Assembly (NCBI GenBank): GCA_963749155.1
Contig: CAVVLO010000007.1
Location: 1-62,928 of the forward strand
Length of the DNA: 62,928 nt
Origin: an uncultured Armatimonadia bacterium
Lineage (GTDB): Bacteria > Armatimonadota > Zipacnadia > CAVVLO01
Direction of reading: 5' to 3'
Shown: piece after piece, positions 41,845 through 52,131 of the stretch
Numbering within the stretch: the first letter of the stretch is position 1
Layout: each line of letters starts with the position of its first letter
Program-made: the position numbers and the translations under genes
Notes under the pieces: model-generated
Databases searched by the model: none
Told to the model about the DNA's origin: nothing
Seen by the model: only the letters and a program-made list of their open reading frames with translations

Positions 41845-41869
41845 TACGGCGCCTCCTTGATATTTATCG

Positions 41870-41897
41870 GTAACACGATAATCAAGAAAAGTAGCAC
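41870..41897 (-). promoter_or_regulatory. Candidate NikR-type operator GTGCTAC-N14-GTGTTAC
   Basis: Two near-identical 7-mers with an AT-rich spacer overlapping the -10 box and start region of the Ni/Co uptake operon. Confidence 0.6.
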
Positions 41898-41916
41898 CGC
41901 TCTGTACGAGTGTCAA
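41888..41916 (-). promoter_or_regulatory. Sigma70 promoter of the beta-barrel-cbiMNQO operon
   Basis: Perfect TTGACA, 17-nt spacer, extended -10 TGcTACTTT. Confidence 0.7.
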
Positions 41917-41941
41917 GTGTCACGAGAGAATTTCTGAAGAT

Positions 41942-44317
41942 TTATTTGGGCGCCAGTGCCTCCAGTTCCATAATACGCGCGATGCTATCCCGGCCTGGGT
42001 TGGTTATTATTAGGCGAAAGCGAGTTACTGGCTCAGCAGGGGCTGGCCACTCGCGCACCAGGTCGGTATTCGCGGATTCTTCGGCCAGCGTCACCCAGTG
42101 TCCGTCTGTCTCGTATTCCAGCTTGAAGGCCTTGGCGATATAGCCGGTATCCAGACTGCCGGGATCCTGAAAAAAAGTAATCCGCACTGTCTCGAGCTGG
42201 CGCGGCTGGCCCAGGTTTACTTCCACCCAGTGAGGCCCTTCCACTCTGTCGGAGACCCATCTCCCCGTCCAGCTTGGAGTGCTGAGCCCATCGATTACCG
42301 CGTTCGGGCTATAGCCTGAGAGGGACGAACTGGCTGTCGCGCTCGCTCCGTGGTCGATGAGGGCCACATCGCGAGGGTCGGGCGTCTCTCCAAGGTTGCA
42401 TCCGGCCCTCAAAAGCGCCGCGTGCACCAGTTTTCCCTCGAGCTGGCGCGGCAGCAAGTGCTTTTCCAGGCATAAGGCCGCCGCGAGGCCTGCTGCCTGA
42501 CCGAGCGCCATCGAGGTGGACTGGATGCGCGTCGAACCGAGCGCCAGATTGTCCACCGAGATGCATCGCCCGGTGACTAGAAGGCCTTCCACGGCTTTGG
42601 GCACGAGGCACCTGTAAGGGATATCGTAGGGGATTGGCGGCCTGATGCCGGAAATATCGCCAGTCCGGTCCGGCCCATGCACGTCAATTGGATACCAGCC
42701 TCGCGCGATGGAGTCCTCAAACCGCGCTCCGTTCATCACATCGTGGGCGTCCAGCACGTATTCGCCCATAATCCGGCGCGTCTCGCGCACGCCAAGCTGA
42801 GGCGCGGTCTCAACCAGATAGCACTCTTCGCAGCCTGGCAGATACTTGCGAAAGACTTGCACCAGCAGTTCGGTCTCGCGCAGGGCTTCCAGATAGGCGT
42901 AAGTCAGGTCAGCGGCGTTCAATCCACTGGCGCCCGGCACGTTCATACAGTTGACCGAAACTACGCCATGCTTGCCCTGGACGCGAGGGTCCAGGTTGGC
43001 GTCCACGGCCCATTCGGTATCAAGCTCGCCCGCTGCTTTGGCTTTGCTGATGGCTTCCTGCACAAGAGGGCCGTAACGCGGCACTCGATGCGTGTCCACA
43101 TTGCCCAGAAGGAAGCACAAGGTCATCGCCTGGGTGCGGTTGTCTCTGTCACGCCCGAACTGCCAACGGGGCGCCCGCGAAGGCGGCCACATCGCCATCA
43201 CCGGTGGCGTCAATTATTACCGTGCCGAGTACCGCCTGGGTACCTGACTTGCTGGCGAACAAGGACGCCTCGGATGCGGTCTGCGCCCATCACCGCGTCT
43301 AGGCAGAGGGTGTTCAGGAGCAGTTTTGCTCCCGCCTCGAGTACCATCTGGGTAAGCACGATACGCTGGATTTCTGGATTCTCGGCCTGAGCTGCGCCCC
43401 CCAGGGCAAGTCTCCGGTCGAGGAACTCCTGCACCAGTCCACCATCGAAACGCGGGATATGCGCAAAGGGCACCAGGCCATTGGTCGCCGTGCCACCCAG
43501 CGCGCCCGAGCGCTCGATAAGCAAAGTGCTGGCCCCCGCCCGAGCGGCCGCGATGGCAGCGATACAACCAGCAGTGCCTCCCCCAACCACGACTACGTCC
43601 GCCTCATAGGCGACGGGAATAGCTCCTTGCCACTCCAGCCTGCGCGTGCCCGTGGTATCCAGCTTCGGCACCGACTCTTTGCGGTCGGTATAAACGACTC
43701 TCTCATACTCTGGCCGGGCAAGCTTCGCATCACTGCGCGTTGCGGCAGCAACCGCCAGCGGATCTCCTCCCTCCAGCCGGACCCAGTCGAGGTAGAGGTC
43801 GGTGGGATTGGTGGTCATCGTTTTGGGTGGAACCGCCAGCCAGAGCTGCCGGATGCGTCGCGTATTCAGCCCTGCCGCGGCCAGGTCGGCAATCGGCACC
43901 TCAAGTGAGGCAGTCTGGCCTCCAGCCAGCTCGAACTGTCTCTCGAAGCGGTTGTCCGTCTCATCGAGCTATGACGAGTCGAAGTGTCACTGGATCCTCC
44001 TGGGGATTCCTGACCTCGAAGGCCAGGCGCTCCGAGCGCGCCCAGTCGCCGTTCACGAAGCCTTGCTTGGCCCACTCGGAAAAGAGATAGCTTTCCTGTT
44101 CGTGAGCAGCGTCGGTGAGGAACCGGATAAGCGCAGAGCCATCGCCATGGGCGCTCCAGTCAGAGCGTTGTTCAGCCGAAACGTTGAAGGTCCAGGTGAT
44201 GAAGCTGTTAAGCGCCTGGCGAGTCTCAAAATCAGCAAGGGGCACGATTGGGCCGCTAGCCAGCCCAAAACAGGCAGAGCCCACCAGGAGTAACAAAGCA
44301 AGCAGAATGGTTCTCAT
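41942..44317 (-). CDS. Secreted FAD-dependent oxidoreductase (FAD_oxidored type) with an N-terminal CBM-like domain and a C-terminal F5/8 type C (discoidin) domain; three +1 frameshifts (about 43965, 43257, 43168)
   Basis: Signal peptide; DVVVVGGGTAGCIAAIAAARAG, IDATGDGD (intermediate frame), GVRETRRIMG, YDIPYRCLVP, GRCIS, GQAAG; C-terminal ATASS...AVIDG...RW...WVEVNLG...ARIMELE. Confidence 0.85.
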
Positions 44318-44403
44318 ACCTGACACCTCCGGCCAAATCAGTCTGAGTATAGCAAACCACCTCGCTACGCAGGAAAAACTCTGGCAAGGCAGAATAAGGA
44401 AAT

Positions 44404-45009
44404 ATGGCTCGCACACTCGAATGTCCGGTTTGTGGCGACGAAGTGGCTGCCTCGCCGCCTTACAGGTGCGCTTCTTGCTCGCGCTCCTTCGGCTGGAAGT
44501 ACATCCCCTTCCAGGGCAAGGCGGCCCCTCTGCGCTGGACCCTCTGCCCTTGCTGTGGCAGGCGCCCTTCCCTCGAACCCTGGCAGCCCGAAGAAGAGGC
44601 CGACGAGAGCGCTTCCAGCTTCTGCAAGCACTGCAAAGAGGATCACGGCCACAATACCGGTTATTGTGGGCGATGTGCTCGCCGGCTGGCAAGATACCAC
44701 TCGGCGCAGAGGACCGCTGGAAGTTATGGCGCCTTCGCCTTCCTTGGTTTCTACCTGGTGCTGGTGTCCCTGGCACTTTTCCTCTGGCCTGACCTGCTGG
44801 TTGGAGCGGTAATTTTTGGCGCCTTTCTCGCGCTGCCCCTGGCTTTTCTTGCAGAGGCTCTCCTAAAAAAACTGCCGCGCCTGGCTCGCGATTTACGCTA
44901 CGAGCTTTACGAAGCTTTCGGTGTCGAGAAAGACGGCTCGGGCAATATAACTGCCATCTGGTGCCGCCTGCCCGAGGCCGCGGCTCATTTCGGCAAGCAT
45001 CAAGACTAA
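44404..45009 (+). CDS. Multiple zinc-ribbon protein with two TM helices
   Basis: CPVC, CASC, CPCC, CKHC, CGRC motifs followed by a hydrophobic hairpin; AAGGA RBS. Confidence 0.7.
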   Translation: MARTLECPVCGDEVAASPPYRCASCSRSFGWKYIPFQGKAAPLRWTLCPCCGRRPSLEPWQPEEEADESASSFCKHCKEDHGHNTGYCGRCARRLARYHSAQRTAGSYGAFAFLGFYLVLVSLALFLWPDLLVGAVIFGAFLALPLAFLAEALLKKLPRLARDLRYELYEAFGVEKDGSGNITAIWCRLPEAAAHFGKHQD

Positions 45010-45026
45010 TTCGGGAGGCCCCTCCT

Positions 45027-48000
45027 ATGGCGCGCATCCTTCTTACCTGCTTGCTCTGCCTCGCCTGCAGCCTGCCAGCTTTCTCCGATCCACCCAGGGT
45101 CTCTTCCTTCGAGCCTCTCTGGCAAGGCAATCCAGCCTCCGACTTTCGGGCTGACTGGACTCCCGACCGCCTTCTGCTCGAGATTAATGAGCCAGGCAAG
45201 GGCATGAAATGGCAATCGGATGGTCTGCCAACAGCGGCTTTCTCGCCCTGGCTTTCGCTGACATATCGCGCCACTGGCCTGGCCCCCGAGCGGATGGATT
45301 ACCTTGTTTGGGGGATGAGTTTTGGCAGGCAGAAGCAATTGCTGCCTGCCTCGCTTCTAATTCAGGATGGCCAGCCTCATAGTTTGACTGTAGACCTTAT
45401 GCGCCTTGGGATGATGCCCCTCGAAAAGGTAGCCTTCTGCGTTCAAACAGGCGAGGAGGGGCCTGGCAGCCTTGAGCTACTGGATTTGGCTTTGCTCGAG
45501 GCGCCCCCCGAGCGTATTGACTGGCCCGAGGTGAGCGAAGTGAAGACGCTGGAGCTACCCTTCGATTCGAGGCTCGCCTTTGAAGCTGAGCCAGACTGGC
45601 TTGGAAATCCTGCCCAGGCTCATACCGAGGAGCTTTTCGAAGCCCATTGGCGTTTCTCGGTGGACGAAGTCGGCAAAGGAATGAAATGGGCTGTGATGCT
45701 CGAACCGGTCTTCCCTCTCAAAGACTGGCAGAGGCGTTCAGCTTCGGTACCGGGCCTGGGGGCTAGCGCCTAGTCCGGACTACTCGGTCTATCTGGGCGC
45801 GAACGGAGAGGAGCCTCATTATCTGAACCTGATCCCAGGCGCGGGTCTGATAGCCGATGGGCGCTGGCGCACCGTGCAGATGGACCTGGCGGCTGACTGG
45901 GAGGCTGATGTGCTGGCGGTGCAGGTCCAGGCGGCAAGGGCTGGCGCCTGGCTCGAGGTGGATTTCCTGCGATTCGCTTCCGAGCGTGTGCCTCTTGCCT
46001 CGGAGGACGTGCTGGAAGTGAAGCCGCTTGAATCTGACAAAGAGGGCTTTACGCCCCTCCAGATTCCCCAGCTTGCCAGTCCTGCTTCACTTAGAGGCGC
46101 TTTCGCGGTGACAGGGCTTGAGCCACCCAAAGCCACAGGCCTCATCGAAGCACTGGGGGTGCCTTTCTGCCTGGAGTCAGGCCGGGGCTTCCTTACCGGA
46201 CTCTCGACCCAGGGTCGGACAGAGCTGCCTCTGGCTGCAGAAGGGCGCGAACTGTTGATTCTGGGCCTGACCGCCGCGCCGCAGACTGGTTTCGACTTTA
46301 TTGGAGAGCCGACCGCCGCCATCAGCAGCTACGCCGATGCGACGCATTTCCGGGTTGGAGTGCGTTATTCAGATGGCACTCGTGGATGAATATGTGCCTT
46401 ACAGCCTGGGCGCCAATTTGCCTATATTTTTGCGCGGGCTGGATGTCTGGGCGGTGCCGCTGAGGCAGGACGCCAGGGCCGAAGCGCTGGTCTTGTTCGA
46501 CAATATGAGCAATGGCGCGCTGGCAGTGCTCGCTGTAACTGCCAACGCAGGCCTGCCGCTTGCAGCCGTTCTTCCACCTGCCTGGACTGTGCCCGAGTGC
46601 AAGCTGGCCAAACCGAAGCCCTTCTCCTTCAAAGAATATGATAAAGGCGGGCCCGAGTATCCTTTTGCCGTCACATGCAAGGGCCTTGATCTTGAACTCG
46701 AAGCGGCCCCGGTGCCAAAGCTCAAGCGGATTGACTCGGCTTATGCTCGGGGCCACTTCGCCTTGAAGCCGGCGCCCCTCTACCGTATTCGGGTCAACGG
46801 CCAGGAAGTCCCCGTGGAAGCCTGGCTGCCTTATACAGACCGAGTTATAGATCCAGACGAACGGTTTTACAACCTGCACTTCGAGCGAGAGGCCAGGCTG
46901 GGCGCGGTGCGCTTGAAGGTAAGGCTGGACTTGTCACCCTCCGAAGCTGATGATATCCAGCTTGCTTTAAAGGTAACCCTCGAAGGCGCGCCTGCGAAGG
47001 TTGAGGTCGTCTTCCCCAATATCGAAGGCCTGCAGCTCGGCACAAAGGAGGCCACCTGGTATCTGCTGCCGAGCAAGTCGCTGATCCTCTCAAACGAGGA
47101 GAGCAGCTTCAAGAAATCGCGAGGCGGCGACTGGCCGCTGCAGTTTGCGGATTTCTTCAATCCGGTGCTCGGCGCCGGTTTGATGGTCTCTACGCGCGAG
47201 ACCAAGGGCATCTACTGGTGGGGAGAACTGACCAAGGGCGCTGAGGGTGTGGATTTCGCCCAGCGTTACCTGGAGCAGCCCTTCGAGCCGGGTGAGGAGA
47301 TTGCCCTTGCGCCTGTCTACCTCGGCGCCCACGCGGGCGGCTGGCGCGAAGCTAGCGCGCTCTACAAAGACTGGGCAGCCACCTGGTACAAGCCCGCAGT
47401 GCCCCGCAAGGACTGGTGGCGAGATGTCTACTGCTTCCGCCAGCATTTCCTTACCGAGGGGCTTTACGACCGAGAGACCCAGCAGTTTGACTTCCAGCCT
47501 GTGCTCGACCAGGACACCGAGGCCTTTGGGAAGGTCGATTACCTGCATATCTTCGACTGGTCCAGCACCCCGGAATATGGTCGAGTCGGCGATTATGACC
47601 ACTGGGAGGCCCTTGGTGGACTGCCGAACGTCCAGCGAGGCTTTGATTCGGTGCGCAAGCAGGGAGTGCCCCTCGGGCTCTACCTCGAAGGCTATCTGAT
47701 AGATGAGAAATCCGACATCGCCAAGGCCGGCGCGACCGACTGGCAGCTGATTGGCGAAGGCGGGCAGAAAATCTACTGGCCAAAATCGAAGGAGATGTTC
47801 GTCTGTTCCGGCGGTAGAGGCGCGTCGAGACTATGCGGCCGATGTATACCGGCAGCTTACGACCTTGCTGCCAGTGGATGGACTCTATATTGACCAGTTT
47901 GGTTTTGAAGACGCCTCAAAGCTCTGCTATGCCGAAGGCCACGGACACAAGATCCCGACAGGGCCACTCGAAGGCGAACTTGCGATGACGCAGGCCATCC

Positions 48001-48623
48001 GCGCGGTGGCGCGACCTGGGGTTGCGATCTACACAGAGGAATGGCCCGCCGACATCGTGCTGCCTTATCAGGATGGCGCTTTCTGTTATTCGGTCGTCTG
48101 GGCCGAAGAGCGCTACAATGCCCCGCGCCTGCACCTGCCGCGGTTTGTCTTCCCCGACTTCAAGAGCCTGCAACTGGTGCGCTATGCGCCCTTCAGCAAT
48201 GGCGACTACCATCTGGCCCAGTTTGCTTTCTTCAATGGAGAAGGCCTTTGGCTGCAGGGGATGGCCGACAGCTCCTATGATGGCCCTTCACTGGCTTTTC
48301 TGAAGAAGGCACTGGGGCTCGAAAACAAATACGCCGAAGCCTTCCGGGATATGGCGCCTGTGCCCCTCTTCCCCACCCTGATCGCAGGCGTCTGGGCCAA
48401 CCGGTTCGAAAGCGCAACCGAAGTCGTGTTTACGCTGTATAACGCCAATCCAGCCACGGTGCGCGGGCCCTTGCTGGCGGTGGAGGCAAGCCTCGGGGAG
48501 GCTTTTGACGCCTGGCGCGAGCTGCCAGCCGCCTCCCTTGTCCAGGAAGACAAGCTGGTCATCTCGGCAGAGCTTGAGCCACTTTCAGTGGGGTGCCTGG
48601 TGCTGAAGAAGCCCGCTGACTAG
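45027..48623 (+). CDS. Large secreted protein (about 1200 aa): two tandem CBM-like repeats plus a DUF6259-like putative glycosidase barrel; three +1 frameshifts (about 45733, 46380, 47808)
   Basis: Signal peptide; duplicated GKGMKW...YRAxGLAP...DY...LIxDG module; HIFDW, GLYLEGY, DGLYIDQFG, YTEE; GGGAGG RBS. Confidence 0.7.
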
Positions 48624-49679
48624 ACTTGCTGACCTGCAGCTTCGAGCGCCTGGCGCGCGGTAGCCATCACGCGGTCGACGGTCAGAGACTTCATACAGTC
48701 GAGTCGGTCGCAATAAGACTTGTGGCACGGATAGCAGGGCTGACGGTCCCACAGGGCAATCCACTGCGGTCCTGAAGGCAGCTTGCCCGCGAAACTGGTG
48801 GACCCGAAAAGCCCTACCGCCGGCGAGCCTGCCACCGCAAGGATAAAGACCGGGCCTGTGTCGCCTCCGACGGTCAGGCTGGCGCGCTCTCCCACCGCGA
48901 TAAGGCTCTGCAGGCTGGTCTTGCCGCTGAGGTTGATGCCCGGTACGGCCGCCTGGGCTAGGCAGCCTTGCCGAAAGCGCCTCGTCCTTGCGCCCTCCGA
49001 TATAGACAGGCAAAAGCCCCAGCTCTTCTGAAAGCCGCCTGGCGAGTTCGGCGAACCGCTCGGGGGGCCATTCTTTGGTCTGGCGAGTCGAGGCTGGCAC
49101 GAGGGCGACATAAGGCGCGCCTTCCCTCAGGCCTCCCTCCGCAAGCAGTCGAGCTGCCTCGGCGCGCGCCTCTTCGGTGGCTGTCAGTTCCATCTCGATG
49201 CCCGAGATGTCGGCCCCGATGCTCGCGACATACTGAAGCTGCTTGCCGGCGCCGCCAATCCCTTTCGGACAGGTCATATGATGGTTGGCGGCAAGCCGGC
49301 CGCCCTCTCTTGCATCCGCCGCCGAGCAACGCTCGGGCGCCTTCGAAAGCCAGGAGACATAGGCGCTTTTTAGCAATCCCTGCAAATCGATTACCAGGTC
49401 TACTCTCTCTTCGCGCAGGGCAAGGCCAGCCTTTTTCAGGTGGCGTAAATTGGCAAACCCGCCTGGGAAGGGCACTACAACCAGTTCGTCAATATGGGGG
49501 TTGCCTCGCAAGAGGTCGGCGAAGGCGTCCTGGACTACCCAGGCAAGCCAGGCCTCGGGATTGGTCTGCTTGATGGCCGCCGCAGCGCCCGAGGCATGCA
49601 GCACGTCGCCAAGTGAGCTCAGCTTCACGATGGCAATCCGATGGGCGAGGCTTACCAGGTTGGGCGGGTCGGTTGGCAC
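48620..49679 (-). CDS. Glycosyltransferase family 9 (heptosyltransferase-like); +1 frameshift near 48965
   Basis: VKLSSLGDVLH, IDLQGLLKS, KEWP, GGDTGP, LFGST, CYPC. Confidence 0.88.
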
Positions 49680-49751
49680 AAGGCTACTCCTTCTGGACTG
49701 GTGAGCTGCTTCTGACTAGTGTGCCTGTTGCAGGCCCTTTGATGCAACCAG

Positions 49752-50924
49752 TCAGCTCTGAGCGAGCAGTGCGCGGAGGAACTCGGCGTGTCCCTTCAAG
49801 GCTGCTGCAAAACCAAACCTGGCTTCCAGTCGCTGCTTCACCTCGGCCTTTTCGGCCGGGGAGCTTGGGGTATCCAGCGCCTTCAGTATAGCCTGGGCCA
49901 GCGCGGTGGCATCTCCGCGCGCAACCAGCTCGCCGGACTTTGCATATTCAATCAGGTCACGTGGGCCGCCCCAGGGGGTGTCTGTCGCCAGGACCTTGGT
50001 CCCTGCCATCAGGGCCTCGACAAGCACAAGCGGTGAGGCTTCGGCATCGGAGGGCAGGACAAAAGCGTCGCACTCCCTCATATAGGGCAGCGGATTGTCG
50101 ATATAACCTGTGAATCGCACAAGGGCTGCAAGACCGAGGCGAACTGCCCTGGCTTCGAGTCGGTCTCGCTCATCGCCCTTGCCCAAAATCAGGCAGCGAA
50201 CGGGCTTGATAGCATTTACCTTCGCCATCGCCTCCAGCAACAGATCGAAGCGTTTGCGCCTGTCGAGTAGCCCAACGCCAAGCACCACGGGAAGGCTCTT
50301 CTCCCTTAGCCAGGGCTCTTCGCAAGGCTGGCTTGCGAGTTCATCGAATTGGGCAGCAATCGCTGGATTATCAAGGACTGCAATCGGGTTCGCTATTGAC
50401 CCAACCAGGCGCCGCAGTTGGCTGGCTGTGCCACGCGATACGGCAACGAGGCTGTCGGCCAGACGGCAGGCAAGCCGGGTTTCAAAGAATAACTCGGGCC
50501 GCTGAAACAGTCTGTACCAGACTTTGGAGGAGTGATTGCAGCCCACCAGTCTGAAGGGAAGCTTGAAGCGTTTTCGAGCCAAGGCCGCTGTGAGCAAAGG
50601 GCGCGGCACCCCGTGGACGTAAACCAGGTCAGGCTTCAATTGCTCTATCGCTTGCGCAAAGCGCTCCTGGGCCTCTGCGGTTGCCAGAATATGGGGCAGG
50701 TCCAGGTTATAGACCTCTGCGTCCTCAGGCAGACTTGCAGTCAGGGGGCTCTTGAGGTTTTTTACGAGAAGCTGGGCGCGGAAACCATGCTGGGGCAGGC
50801 CTTCGAGCAGGCGCAAGGCCACTTTGTCCGCTCCGCCTCCCGCTGTCCAGTTGGAATAGATACAGATTGTGGGGTCAGCAGTCCTCGTCGAAGACCTGGT
50901 ATACGTTAGTGGTTCAGGATACAT
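49752..50924 (-). CDS. Glycosyltransferase family 4
   Basis: GGGAD, VAVSRG, GKGDER, FTGYIDNP, SDAEASPLVLVEAL. Confidence 0.9.
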   Translation of the reverse strand: MYPEPLTYTRSSTRTADPTICIYSNWTAGGGADKVALRLLEGLPQHGFRAQLLVKNLKSPLTASLPEDAEVYNLDLPHILATAEAQERFAQAIEQLKPDLVYVHGVPRPLLTAALARKRFKLPFRLVGCNHSSKVWYRLFQRPELFFETRLACRLADSLVAVSRGTASQLRRLVGSIANPIAVLDNPAIAAQFDELASQPCEEPWLREKSLPVVLGVGLLDRRKRFDLLLEAMAKVNAIKPVRCLILGKGDERDRLEARAVRLGLAALVRFTGYIDNPLPYMRECDAFVLPSDAEASPLVLVEALMAGTKVLATDTPWGGPRDLIEYAKSGELVARGDATALAQAILKALDTPSSPAEKAEVKQRLEARFGFAAALKGHAEFLRALLAQS

Positions 50925-50930
50925 AAGGCG

Positions 50931-52004
50931 CTAGGAGCCTGACAGAACTGTTTTATAGACAGCTTCAAGCTCTCGTGCAACGCGCGCCGAGGAGAACTCC
51001 CCCACCACGCGTTCGCGGGCGCTTGAGGCAAGCGCTGTCGCTCGGTCAGGCTGCTTGAGCAAAGTGGCAAGGGCTTCGGCCAGAGGCGCGGGCTGCCCAG
51101 GGGCAACTAGCAGAGAGTTCTCTCCACTGGTGAGCGCCTCGGTGACGCCCGCGATATCGGTGGCAACAATGGGTGTGCCGCAAGCCATCGCTTGCAGCAG
51201 CGCCTTGGAAAGTCCCTCTCCGTGAAGCGAGGGCATTGCATAGAGGTCAGAGGCCCAAAGCAAGGGGCGCACATCGCCAATCTGCCCCAGCAGGTGCAGT
51301 CTTGCTCCCACGCCAAGCTGGGTCGCCTGATTCTTTAACTGATCGGCCAGCGGCCCTTCCCCCGCGATTACCAGGTGCGCATCCAGGCCTTTCTGAACGA
51401 GCGCGGGCAGCGTCTGCACCAGTACCCCGTGACCTTTGCGTTCGGTCAGGCGGCCGATAACGGCAATCAACCGAGCCTCCTCGCCGAGTCCATACTGCTG
51501 GCGGAAGGCCTGCCCTTCGCGTTTCAGACTGAACCAGTCGGTATCTACCCCGTTGCGTACTGTGTAGATACGCTTTGCGGGGAATCCTTGCTTGATGAGA
51601 TGGTCTCTAACCCCGTCCGAGACCGCGATAAGCGCCTTCGACCAGCGAAAACAGAAGGCGTTATTGGTCGCGTGGACGGTCGAAACGATGGGGGTGCCAG
51701 TGAGTTTGCCAGCCCAGGCCGAATACATCCCGCTGGTGGTGTGATGGGTATCGACGATGTCGGGTTTTTCGGTGCGGAAGAGCTTCACGAGGTGCGCGAG
51801 ATTGCCCGGATCCACTTTTCCAAAGGTAGTCCAGGCATATACTTTCAGTCCTTCGGAAGCGGCCATCAAACCCCAGGCACGGCCCGAGGGAACCACGACG
51901 GCAACCTCGTGCCCGGCAGCTTGAAGCAGTTTGATCTGCGGCAACAAAAACGCCCTGTCAGGCGTACTGTCTCGCAGTCCCGAGAAGGTATGAAAGATAC
52001 GCAA
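50931..52004 (-). CDS. Glycosyltransferase family 4
   Basis: IAVSDG, RNGVD, GRLTERKG, PSLHGEGLSKALLQAMACG. Confidence 0.9.
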   Translation of the reverse strand: MRIFHTFSGLRDSTPDRAFLLPQIKLLQAAGHEVAVVVPSGRAWGLMAASEGLKVYAWTTFGKVDPGNLAHLVKLFRTEKPDIVDTHHTTSGMYSAWAGKLTGTPIVSTVHATNNAFCFRWSKALIAVSDGVRDHLIKQGFPAKRIYTVRNGVDTDWFSLKREGQAFRQQYGLGEEARLIAVIGRLTERKGHGVLVQTLPALVQKGLDAHLVIAGEGPLADQLKNQATQLGVGARLHLLGQIGDVRPLLWASDLYAMPSLHGEGLSKALLQAMACGTPIVATDIAGVTEALTSGENSLLVAPGQPAPLAEALATLLKQPDRATALASSARERVVGEFSSARVARELEAVYKTVLSGS

Positions 52005-52032
52005 GTGGTCTCCCTGGCTTTTTGATATAGCA

Positions 52033-52062
52033 AGTGTAGCCGCGCCCCGGATACAGTGTCAA
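52033..52062 (-). promoter_or_regulatory. Sigma70 promoter for the GT4-GT4-GT9 operon
   Basis: TTGACA-N18-TACACT on the minus strand about 30 nt upstream of the start. Confidence 0.55.
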
Positions 52063-52131
52063 CTAACCGGGCGAGCAGGAAATTCACATCGAGTGACGAA
52101 TCCAATTCCAGCCACCAGAGGAGGACCTGAG

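Noticed and set aside
41845..41941. Cobalamin or NiCo riboswitch before the ECF operon
   Set aside because: The predicted leader is only about 35-40 nt; a protein operator fits better
43961..45274. 437-aa minus-strand ORF
   Set aside because: Only the part from ATG 44317 is real; the rest is antisense to the zinc-ribbon gene and its neighbour
405..49679. Mass pseudogenisation or programmed frameshifting
   Set aside because: Uniform +1 direction, intact motifs on both sides and no shared slippery signal favour sequencing error
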